A DNA stretch of 57,874 nucleotides from Basidiobolus meristosporus CBS 931.73 (Eukaryota; Fungi; Basidiobolomycota): contig MCFE01000561.1 of the NCBI GenBank assembly GCA_002104905.1, forward strand, positions 1 to 57,874. The letters are read 5' to 3'. Shown here in pieces: positions 24,602-35,444 of the stretch; position 1 is the stretch's first letter; the number at the start of each line of letters is the position of its first letter. The position numbers were made by a program, and so were the translations under genes. Below the pieces are notes generated by a model. It searched no databases. It saw only the letters and a program-made list of their open reading frames with translations, and was not told the origin of the DNA.

Positions 24602-25249
24602 CTAAGGGCTGCTTCTAAAAACATCGTCCTTCACGTCTTCCCACTCGTAATCCGAGGCTTCGTCGGTGAGCGTATCACAGTCCATACTCAAGTCGCTTTC
24701 TTCGTCGCTGGTTTCCGAGGTTTCGGTGCCAAGTAACATCAACCGTTCCTCCAACCAGGTGAAGAAATTCATCTTGGTGGCCCACCGAGTAAAACCGTAA
24801 TCGCTTTTTCGACGCCATACCTCGCCTCGCGCAGGCCCCTCCACTATGAGTATCCAATGTGTCAGGTAGTCGTCGCTTGCCAAAACCAGGTGTCCGTGAT
24901 TCAAGGAATCCAGGAAGTCTTCGCTTAGGCACTCTTCGACCTCGTCGAAGACCAGATTTTGAGTTAAGGGAAAGGGATCGGATAACTTGATTAGTAGATC
25001 CTTGTAGGGCACTGGGTACTCGTAAGGGACGTAACTGAGAGGGAGTAGTCCGCCGCTTGGGTATGTTCCATTTCCGATTAGACAAAGTACCGCGCGGTAG
25101 TCCTCAGGTAGCCGGATCATATACTCTCGTTCGAAGTTCCGAATTCGCTGTTCCGGAAGAGGTAGCTGGAAATAAATGCCTTTTTCGATAAGTTTCTGGC
25201 CTAACTCGCGTGCTTCTTCAGCGAGTCTGCAAAGTGTCATTGAGGGCAT
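24602..25249 (-). CDS. SMI1/KNR4 (SUKH superfamily) domain protein with acidic tail, intronless
   Basis: PLPEQRIRNFEREYMIRLPEDYRAVLCLIGNG matches the SUKH N-terminal signature (x-E-x3-G/I-x-LP-x-Y). LSDPFP and LIVEGPARGEVW match the bacterial-type subfamily pattern as I recall it. Confidence 0.85.
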   Translation of the reverse strand: MPSMTLCRLAEEARELGQKLIEKGIYFQLPLPEQRIRNFEREYMIRLPEDYRAVLCLIGNGTYPSGGLLPLSYVPYEYPVPYKDLLIKLSDPFPLTQNLVFDEVEECLSEDFLDSLNHGHLVLASDDYLTHWILIVEGPARGEVWRRKSDYGFTRWATKMNFFTWLEERLMLLGTETSETSDEESDLSMDCDTLTDEASDYEWEDVKDDVFRSSP

Positions 25250-27107
25250 ATCGTTGGGACAAAATTGGCTTTTAGGGAAAATACTGGCAGGTCGCCTCCC
25301 TATAGAACGGGTGGGATACTGTTAGAGGGTCGTGAGTATATCGGAGCAGAGTCAACTACTTGGAGGGATTTAGGGTGAGCGTCAATAGAATTGGGGACCT
25401 TGGGCTGTGTATCTTATACGGCTAAAATGTGACGCTTGCCATTCAAGGTGTCTGTTGAATTGATGTGACCACTTTTCCAAGGGGGTTCTATTTTTCAGGG
25501 GAACGGAAAAATATAAACCAACCAGTCGGATATTCTTTGTGGAGCAGGAAATAAGCGATGGAGGGCTCGATCAGGGGGGGGGGAGTAGAGGTCGCTTGTA
25601 AATCTAACAGATGTACAGTGAGTGTAGTGGTCAATTTATAGTAAAAACGACTCGCGTTCTGGCGAATCATGGAAGCAGTAACCAAAGGTTTATAATTTTC
25701 AGCACTGATCCTTATTGGCATCATTATCGTTGCAAGAGATGATAAACTGGAGCCAAACTGGCTTTTGCAGGGGATCCTTCGCATTCGCACATTCTCTGTC
25801 CAACTTGGAAAATGCTCCCTCATTTCATTTACTGCCTATGCTGGTGAGGGCGTGCCTTGGTTCGATCTTACTATATTTGATTCAGTAACCTGTCGGACTT
25901 ATCGGGGGGTTGTCATTTTGTTGAGAATCTGACTAAAATCAGTGCCTTGTCAGTCAAGCCTGAATTCCAAAACCTCATGGTCCATTCGAATGAAATGCAG
26001 TCCGCCAATGGCGCAAGATGGAATCGTGTTTCTTGTGGATGTAAAATGCAACTATTTGGCCAAAACAATCAGAATCAAGTCAGGCAGCGTAACAGCGTGC
26101 TTCCCAAATGAAAAACGAAAGATGAGATAGCAGCGAGATTCACATGTTGAAAGTGGCATATCAGAATCGATATACTGTAGCACTATCCTGATGCCACTTG
26201 GAAACGAATGCTTGTCAGCCATTTGCTCAGCGTGCATCCGCCGTTTTCAAACCACCATGTCACTTGATTAATAATTCGTCGGCTGGTTAGCCTTCAAGGC
26301 GGTTAAATATACCGGTTAAGTAGTGTAGATCGCATGCGTTCCTCAGTCACTGGCAAACCTGAGCTCCAGCGGAACGCCAGTGGATTGGCCCTCGCCACAT
26401 TCCTGGCCCAGGAAGCCAATGGCTACTCCTCCCACTTGATGAAAAACCGAAACCTAACCCTACATCTGGAGTGCTTTGTACTGTGGAAGTCATCATTAAA
26501 GCAACGATTACAATCTCATTGTACCTTCTAGACCATGTTTGGACGGATCTATCCGCATTGGTGTCTGGCAATCCGTTGAGCCTGAACCTTGATTAAGGCC
26601 ACACTTGTTGTGACTGAGCTTCGGTTACCACACACCCGCAAATTCTGATTCGGCAGAACGGTCGGATTTCTCCCTCACCACATCCGTGTTGGGTTAAATA
26701 GGTTTGGGAAAGCCGGCCACTTACGATTTCCAGCATTTCCCCCAACTACCATTCTTGGCCGATTTCAGCCAAGCTACAGACAATGCGCCATTTCCTCGCC
26801 TACCCTCCTCCTTACTAGTGACAGCTGGGCCTGGGGCTCAGCCATCGCATGCAACCCCCACCACGGTGGGCCAAGGCCGCGTGGATGCAACTGATGAGGC
26901 GTCGGTTCTCAGCGAGCCGTGCGGGGGAAGATTCAGATTCGTCCACATATCTATGTTTATTGTTAATTGAAAGTTGCATGTTGCTGGTTGTAGGTCAAAT
27001 ACATAACTTGCTATAGAGTAATCACTACAGTATTGAAAATGATAATGGGTTGCGATCACACTGCTTCGGATACACTGTGGGCGGTGCGGCCGGTCAGGCC
27101 CTTCAGG

Positions 27108-28313
27108 TTACGAGATGGCAAGGAGAACGATCACCACGCCGATCACGATGAAGATTAGCAGCAGCCAGCACATCTTGCCGCGCGCTTTCTTCTGATAGTT
27201 GGCTGCGGAGCCGAGCTCCTCGGCGGCATTGCGGACGTTGACGGCCATGCTTGTGACGTTGCTTTCGATGTTGTCTATTCTGATGTCAGCGATATGATCA
27301 CGTTCAAAGATGGACAATATGCTTACCAAGAAGGGACTGTTGCTCGTTGACGATGGTGCCCAAATCCCTGAAGATCTCGTTTAACTCCGTGATGCCTTGC
27401 TCGATCTCTCGAATCTCGGTTTCTCGCTCGGCAATCAGATTTTCATTGAACTCGATCTCATTATCCAAGCTTTCCAGCTGAAGCCTATGGGATTCACAGA
27501 GGCAATGTTAGTCTGTCGGATCTACAGTGAAGATGCGTGTGCGGCCGACCTTTGCTGTGAGTGGTTGATCAGTGGTTGCTCCTCCGGCGCGCCGTCCATG
27601 TCCCCATCCTCACTATGAAAGCGGTTAGTGACGGGGGGATGGTGGTTTGAAAATGCGGCCCAGTACTTACTCATCGTGATAGGTGGATAGTTTTCTGGCC
27701 CGGTCAACATACTCGCGAGATTTCTCTGCCGCCAACCGCTGTGCGGCCTGGAATTGCTCCAGGACCTTTTGAAAATCTTTCGACAGCTTTTGTTGTTCAA
27801 GTTTGCGCTGTCGCTGTAAGGGAGAAGTTAGGGAGAAGTCCTGAAGTGAAGCATAGCTAGATCGAAGGGGTTACTAACCGCTTCCCGTGGCGAGCTTGCC
27901 TCAAAAGTTCCTAATTCTTTGATGTCACTGCCTGCATCTTTGACCAAGTCCCGAGTAGTCTCTGTGAGATGGTGCCTAGGGAGCCACACGTTAACAAAAT
28001 GGCAAAATATGCTGGACGCTCGCATATCCAATGTCTTACAATTCTTCCCGAGAGGTGGAGGTGTCTTTAGCAGTTCCCATATAGCTCACTAATCTTTGGA
28101 TGGACGTGACATTGCTTGTGATTTTGTAGGTTTTTTGCGCCACTTTCTGGGCCAGTTGCTTGTAACCAAGTTGAGAGATCTCTACAACCGGGATGAGCTA
28201 GGTTAGGTCTACGTGTTAAAGGCGATTGAGAGAGGGAGTGAGAAGGTACCGTTGGCTTCTGATAAGTTGGAGTTCACTGGGTCAAGGCCCCTTTCCAAGT
28301 CATTAAAGGACAT
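27108..28313 (-). CDS. PEP12: Qa-SNARE syntaxin, Pep12/Vam3/syntaxin-7 type, multi-exon
   Basis: ATG 28313 MSFNDLERG; Habc helices (QRKLEQQKLSKDFQKVLEQFQAAQRLAAEK); SNARE motif EIEQGITELNEIFRDLGTIVNEQQSLL/DNIESNV; C-terminal TM CWLLLIFIVIGVVIVLLAIS*. GT-AG introns are in consistent phase. Confidence 0.92.
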
Positions 28314-29685
28314 TTCAAGATATTAATTAAAAATGAAGTAGTTGTGTTCTAAGAGAGCAGGGAGGAGTAAGGTGAGGGTTAAGTTCATCGATTCCGTCAC
28401 ATGATATCCATCTAGATTTCCATTTGGCGTATTACCAATCGTCACTGTCTTAACATCGAACCATCTGTCACGAAATTCAAATAAGGCTAAAATGGCCCTT
28501 AATTTCATCCATCAGCAGCAAGAAATCGTTGCTGGATTTCGTCAAATGGATGCCCTACCTGTGTGATGGGCTCTTTGGATTCCGGGAATCTAGCACACAA
28601 TGAAAGCCATCGGTAGAGGCAAGCGAGCCGTGCGCACTCCCAAGACCCAAGGCTCTGTTTACGTGAATGGTGGGGATTGTGTGTTGACGGGACTTGGATT
28701 CACCCCGCTTTCGTCTGCATAAAGTTATGCCACCGAACCATGCAACATGTATCTTTGGTTGATATTCCTTGAGCGAGCTGTACGATGTAGGGCAAATGAT
28801 CCTTCACCAAGACTAGGTGCATCTGGCGCCCTAGTCTACTCATGCATGAAAGGAGATATCAGAGGAACGAATCCAGTCATGGTTGACCCAGCTATACATG
28901 GATGCCTGACTCGGATATGGCTAGATAGGCAATTTGCTTTAGCTTTTCGATTTATCCTTTTGCCGCAACAAATATCTTCCGGATGATCAACCATTTTCCT
29001 GCTGGATCCTGACTATTCGCCGACTAAGCAACCCCATCGGCAACTGATGGAGATCATCGTGTGCATTCCAGTGTTGCTCCATACCGTGATGGAGACTAAC
29101 CTTGGGAAGGCCGTTTGTCTCAAGCAAACCAGTAGCGAAGCACTACTTGATATCTACTCGCGACCCATATCCAATGCCAGGCCACGTAAGGAAATCAAGT
29201 TTCCCGATTTATCAGTCGATTTGGACGTCGAGGTGGCCAACATGGTTACGAGGGATACCCCACTGAAGAGTCCACTGAAGAGCCTACTCGAGGAGAACCG
29301 TAGTAAGGATTTGCTTTTCAGCATCGACTGATCACTGAAGCGCCAACCTCGGGATACCTGATCCGTTGTGCCTGCAGCCTGGTCAGATGTGATGGGCTCC
29401 ATGCACTCCGGCTGATACGATTAAATCCCTTACTGAGCCGGGGCAAAATCGCCCAGAAGCTCCCATACGGATATGGGGGTTGATGGGGATGATTCCGAAC
29501 TGGCATCCGGGATCTAAACACCAGGCGTCCGGTTTTATGTGTGATGCAGGTGCATGGCAGCAAAGAGACGTTTCCCTGCAACGACTCCTCACGTTCTGTA
29601 CTTCGAATGGCAGTATCTGGTGTTTGGGGATTCCCGTCCGACGTAGATATAGGGCCGCCCACCCCGCTACGTGAGCATAATTTTG

Positions 29686-30185
29686 ATGTGGAATTTTATG
29701 GGAACAATCATCATGGTGGTGGCACTTTATGCGTTGACAGAAGGCGCCCCCGCTCAGAACGTAGGCTTCGCTTCCATCTACGAAAGGAAAATCGCCTCCA
29801 AACGGGAGAATACCGGGACCTTTTTCACCCCTCACAACGACGCCTGCTCTAGTGGCGGTGACGCTTCGAAGCCCACTGATCTCGTGGCGGCCTTGGTACG
29901 GTTCTGCCTAGCATGATGGTCTCTGTTTCTGTACTAACCTATCCATCCCGACCACAGAGCTGGCATGACATAGGCCAGGAAGAAAACGATTTGTCCGAGG
30001 AGGCGGAGATGTGCAACCAGTGTGTCAAGGTGACCGGCCCTGAGGGTTCCGTCGTGGTGAAGATCGTGGATCTTTGTGCTACGTGCAGCCCGGGGGATGT
30101 TGACCTAACGGAGGCTGCTTTCGAGAAGATCAGTGAAATTAGTAAGGGCCGAGTGGAGATTACCTGGGTACCTGTGAAGTGCTAG
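29686..30185 (+). CDS. Secreted RlpA-like double-psi beta-barrel (expansin-related/loosenin-like) protein, 2 exons
   Basis: Signal peptide MWNFMGTIIMVVALYALTEG; GTFF...AC...VAAL; intron 29896-29957; MCNQCVKV...VVKIVDLCATC...DVDLT...F...GRVEITW is the standard fungal DPBB pattern. Confidence 0.9.
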
Positions 30186-33100
30186 ACCGTTCAACACTGG
30201 TAAATAAATTCTTTCAAGCCAAGGGGTCTCTGGATGCTCCTCGGGTTGGAACTAAAAATTTCTGAGCTGTAGTGGAGCGCAGATTCCTGGGGAATAGGGT
30301 TTCTTATTTCCCGTATCTTGGGTGCATCTTGCTGTACTGGTACACCCAATCTAACCCGGTGGGGTTGTACTGCTTCGCCTGCGCGTCTCTCTACTCGTGG
30401 TAGTTCAGTGCTCCAGGCTACAATGTGCCAACCACAATTGACACCCTCAGTGACTGTACTGCAATTCGCCCAAGAATGCAGAAAGGCTCCATTGGTAGCT
30501 AGCTGAATTGCTTGGTTGAACATGTCGAGTAGACATCGCACGTATTTTAATTGTGAGAGTGACTCCACATGACTCAGTTCTCTTTTTGCGCTAGGTAGGG
30601 TGACCGGTGACCTCCATTTTCTATCCAGCTTAGGACCTATACTTTACACCCATTCCCACATGGTTTTCAACAGGATTGTTGAAATTACTTGGATCAGTCC
30701 CTTGTTGTTGACCTGTTTTATATTCCATCGGATCCTCGACTTCAAAACCGATTTGTCCTGATTTTGCAGGACTCTCGGTCATTAGTTCAAAGTTCGACTT
30801 CCAAACAGTGCATCAACACTCTATTTAATTCCGATTTAGAGCCGCCTCTCATGCTACTATATCTTTCAAATCAATTCCAACCACTCACTACCATTTTCTA
30901 CTGACTGTGTGACCCAAGCAGGCAACCTCATATTCTGGTCACTGAATAGAATCTTTAGGATCTAATTCTGCACCAGCATAAGCCAAGTCACAAAGTCAAG
31001 ATTAATATTTAGGTGTAAGAGCAAAACTTGAACGGTCCAGCTTAGTGCAAATATGAAGTGCCACCAAAAACCCCACAATAAACCAAACTGTGATCTGGCA
31101 TACAAAACTGCCTTTGTCTAATTGCCCTGTAACTATGTATGCATTTCATTACGGGCTTCTGAACAACTTTCAGAATGTCCGTGTTCTGGGGACTTAACAT
31201 ATTGCTAAGACTTTTTGAGGTAGATCTCATCAAAAACAAGGGTAGAAATTAGTAAAACTTGTAAGCCATGCCTGAAGTGACTATGCAAAGGTTAATATGT
31301 ACATGTAGACTTAGAGCTTACAACCCCTATGAAAATAACTTGGTCCTGCAGGTGGACCCAATCCAGATCAGCCATCAGGATCCTGCAATGAGGATGTCAT
31401 AGTACAGGCTGCTTGGAATTATTGACCCTCTTAACAATCTTATGACTGGATTGTGATGGTGTCTTACAGTTTTTATTGCCAAACTAAGTAATAAACCTGC
31501 CAGTGTTTCAACAGTCATTAGGTGGAACTTGCATTGAATTCCAACAATCTTAATGTGCCTACATTTATTTGAGTGGACCTAACAGGTAAATGTTTTATAT
31601 GGGAAAAAAGCTTAACATGTCTTGATGGCATTGATGTGGACCTATGTTAGCATTATCATGGCAGTACAGTGGCCTACAGCTAGTCCTGTATAATGCTACT
31701 GTACCAATTTACCAAAGGGTATTTTGTTTTTTACCTCCCCTCATGCCATTGTTGTATTCCACTGTAGAATCACTCCTCTTTACTTGCTTACCCACTTCTA
31801 CCATGGGTGCTTCACATACAGTCTGAATCAAAGAAGCCAAGGTAAGTCTGCCATACATTCTGCTGTAAGAGTCTTGGAGATATTAGAAGCAATTGAGAAA
31901 ACAAGCAGATTATGTGGTTTTCACTTAATGATTTATTGAATGTAAAAGTAGTATTAATACTTTTACAATGGTCTTGGCATAAAGAACATGTAGAGTAGGC
32001 TGAGAAAGATCTCAAGAGCATGTGTGCAAAGTTTGGGGCTGTTTGGACAACTTTGGGAAGTTTCATGTTCTGGGTATCCGATATTTTGGTGAAAATATTC
32101 CAAGTAAATCCGGACAAGGAATTCTGTCAGTATTCTCTACAATTTGAAGGTAATGATCTAAATGACTAATGATGTCTAATATCAATGTGCTTAGTTCTGG
32201 CATGAAAGGTTAAATTTCTATCTAATTGTATACATCCCTGATTATCTTGAAATTGAGTAACAGGTGTTTTTTGAGATAGACCTAATCTGCAAAAAGCTTT
32301 CTTAGCAACATTACTTCTTTTGTAGCCTCACAGGCTGCCATATACTCTGCCTCTGTGGTGGAAAGTGCTATGGTTGGTTGCTTTCTTGAATTCCATGAAA
32401 TTGCTCCTTGACATTAAAGAAAGGTGTATCCTGTGGTGTATATTCTATCTTCTGAGTTTTGTCCCCTATCAGCATCAGAATATCCCACAAGAGCCTGTTC
32501 TGAATCCTTATAAGTGTATCTTAAGCAGATATCAGCTATTCCTTTCAGATATCTTAAAACCTGCTTAACTGCTGCAATATGATCAGATCCATAGTTCTGA
32601 TTATGCTGGCTGACAACTCCCTCTGCATACAAGATATCTGGACAGGTTCCAAGCATGATATACATCCAACTGCCAGCCATAGATTAATAAGGAAAGTCAG
32701 GACTTCCAGATGGCACTAAGCTCTCTTAATTTGGCTGAGTTTTGACCACATTAAGGTTTGTCTCCATTGGGGTAGCTGCTGGTTTACAGTCTTCTATATG
32801 ATACTTCTTCAGTATATCTTAGTATACTTGGTATGGCTTAGGGTGATAGTCTGATTACTTCTGTCTATGAAGAACTTTATCCCTAAGTAGTAATGGAGTT
32901 TTCCTAGATTGGACATCCTCAACACTTTAGATAAGCTGAATTTAGTCTCTTCCAATGTTTCTATGTTATTGGCAGCTATAATAAGGTCATCACATATAGA
33001 GCTAATAGAAATGGATTTGCTCTATCTGGCTTATAGTTTATGCTATAGTCAGCATTACTCCTTTGAAACCAAAGATTCCAAATAAGAATCTATCTTGCAA

Positions 33101-35016
33101 TTCCAGGATTTTGGTGATTGCTTAAGACCATAAAGAGATTTTCTAAGCATGCAGACCAAATGGGGGTTATCTTGGTCAGCAAACCCAGCAGGCTGGTCCA
33201 TATACATATCCTCATCAAGTTCTCCATTCCAAAATGTAGTTTTTAAATCCATTTGATTTACAAAAAACTCATATTTGGCTGCAATAGCCAATATTAATAC
33301 AATGCAATTAAACTTGGCTTCTGGTGCAAAGGTCTCAGTAAAGTCAAGTCCTTTTGTTTGAGAGTACCCTTTGGTCACAAATCTTGCTTTGTATTGTTCA
33401 ATTGTACCATCAGCCTTGTATTTTGTCATAAAAATGTTGTAAGAGTCTTGGACATATTGGAAGTCATTGGGAGAACAAGTAGATTATGTGGTTTTCACTT
33501 GATGATTAATTGAATGTAAAAGTAGTATTTATACTTTTACCTGGTTTTGGCATTACAAACATATAGAATAGGTTAAGGAAGGTCCCAAGAGCATGTGTGC
33601 AAAGTTTGGGGCTATTTGGACAACTTTGAGAATTCTCATGATCTGGGTACCTGGTATTTTGGTGAAAATATTCTAAGTAAATCCCAACAAGGAATTTGGT
33701 CAGTATTCTCTAGGATTTGAAGGTGATGATCTAAGTGACTAAGTTAGGTGAATACTTAGGTGGAATTGCAAGTCTTTATAACACTCCCACTCAGCTAAAT
33801 GTTCATACTCACTAGTCCTAATTATGACCTAAGATACTCAAACTTGTCTCTAGCTAATGGTTTGATAAATATGTCTGAAATCATTTCATCTGTAGGACAG
33901 TAAACTAAGCTAACTAAGTTATTCTCTATAGCTTCACATATGAAGTGATGTCTAATATCTATGTGCTTAGTTCTAGCATGAAAAGTTGGATTTCTACCTA
34001 GTTGTATACATACCTGATTATCTTGAAATAAAGTAATAGGCGTTTTTTGACATAGGCCAAAATCTGTGAAAAGCTTTCTTAACAATATTGCTTCTTTTGT
34101 AGCTTCACAGGCTGCCATGCACTCTGCCTCTGTGGTAGAAAGTGCTACAGTTAGTTGCTTTCTTGAATTCCATGAAATTGCTTCTTGACAGTAAAGAAAG
34201 GTGTATCCTGTGATGGATCTTCTGTCTTCCAAATTTTGTCCCCAATCAGCATCAGAGTATCCCACAAGAGCCTGTTCTGAATCCTTATAAGTGTATCTTA
34301 AGCAGATATCAGCAGTTCCTTTCAGGTATCTGTAGTAATGGAAAGTATTCCATCACTACAATATCTCTAAACCAGTATTGCACTCATTTCTTTATTTTGC
34401 TTTTTGCTATTGTAACACACAAGTGAAAGATCAAGAATCTCCAAATTTGAAAGACAAATGCTCCAGACCCTGACAAGCAATTCACCCAAGAATATTATGT
34501 CATACAGAACATGTAGTAGCCAACATATGTTTCAAATTACAGCTCATTAGAAGCAGTACTTAAGGAGTTATGACCAAAAGGGTCCAAATATTATATATAC
34601 TATGCCTTATTGCTAGGATTACTATGGTGACTTTGATCACATGTAGCTCTTGAACCAGCCAATCAAATCATGTGCAATTTTCAAAGGTGCTGCGCCTATG
34701 TCTAATCTGCGCCACTGCAAAAATTTTAGGCTTGTATCATATGTATTGCTTGCGCAATTGCCCAAAAACATTGATCCTTCAGAATTTTCATATATATGAC
34801 TTCTCCAGCTGAAAAATAAAGGGAGAGCCTCTCTTTCCAGAATCTCCGCACTTCAATTACAAGTTTAAAGATTATAAGACTTCCCCTGCATCACTTGCAC
34901 TGTTGAGTATTCTGACTTTGATCAGTACTATATAGGTAAAGAGACTGCAAAGCTCACAACAATCCAATCTAAGTTCTACAGGAAACTACCACTTTTCTGT
35001 TGAAAAAGTCCCATCT

Positions 35017-35240
35017 AAGACACCCCTTAACTATAAAGACACCCTTTTAGACATCCCATAAGTCTAAAGACCCCCTTAGAGACCCCTTCAAGAAACCCCT
35101 TTACTCTAAAGAAGCCCCTTTAGACACCCCTTTAGTGTAAAGTCCACTTCAGAGACCAATACAAGAGGCCCCTTTACTCTAAAGACACCCCTTTAAGTCC
35201 AAAGACCCCATAAGAGACTTCTACAGCACACCCCTGTAAG
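35017..35240. repeat. Degenerate tandem array of about 12 units, consensus near AGACACCCCTTTA (G-rich on the minus strand)
   Basis: Successive units GACACCCCTTAA, GACACCCTTTTAG, AAGACCCCCTTAG, GAGACCCCTTCAAG, AAACCCCTTTAC, GAAGCCCCTTTAG, GACACCCCTTTAG and so on. Confidence 0.85.
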
Positions 35241-35444
35241 ACAAAGAGGAGTTCAGAATTTCCATATAAGGAGATACTTTTCTCAGAAAGGAACGTGACT
35301 TCCAAATAAGGAAAAGCTACTATAAAGTAAATAAGCCTATTAGCCAACAGAAGGTCAGAACACTGCTGTAGAAGTGATATACACTGCCTACAGTATATTT
35401 TGAACCAAAGATTGAGGAAATTAGTGAAGGTTATATCTTCTATT

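Noticed and set aside
2391-28313. Ypk1, Rab7-like and Pep12-like genes as a membrane-trafficking cluster
   Set aside because: They are spread over 26 kb with unrelated genes between them; such genes are common enough to co-occur by chance.
30191-31840. 125-aa ORF at 30191-30568 and faint DDE-like peptides at 30900-31840
   Set aside because: No coherent motif order and many stops. The only firm match (17 bp at about 31843-31859) is explained as the split end of the 44895 transposase relic.
34331-34360. Helitron 3' end suggested by the hairpin
   Set aside because: No CTRR terminus at the expected distance, and a 4-bp TSD with TG...CA ends is present, which Helitrons lack.
35017-35240. Interstitial telomere or CRISPR-like reading of the C-rich array
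   Set aside because: Units vary in length and sequence, are not TTAGGG-type, have no unique spacers, and lie inside a TG...CA element.
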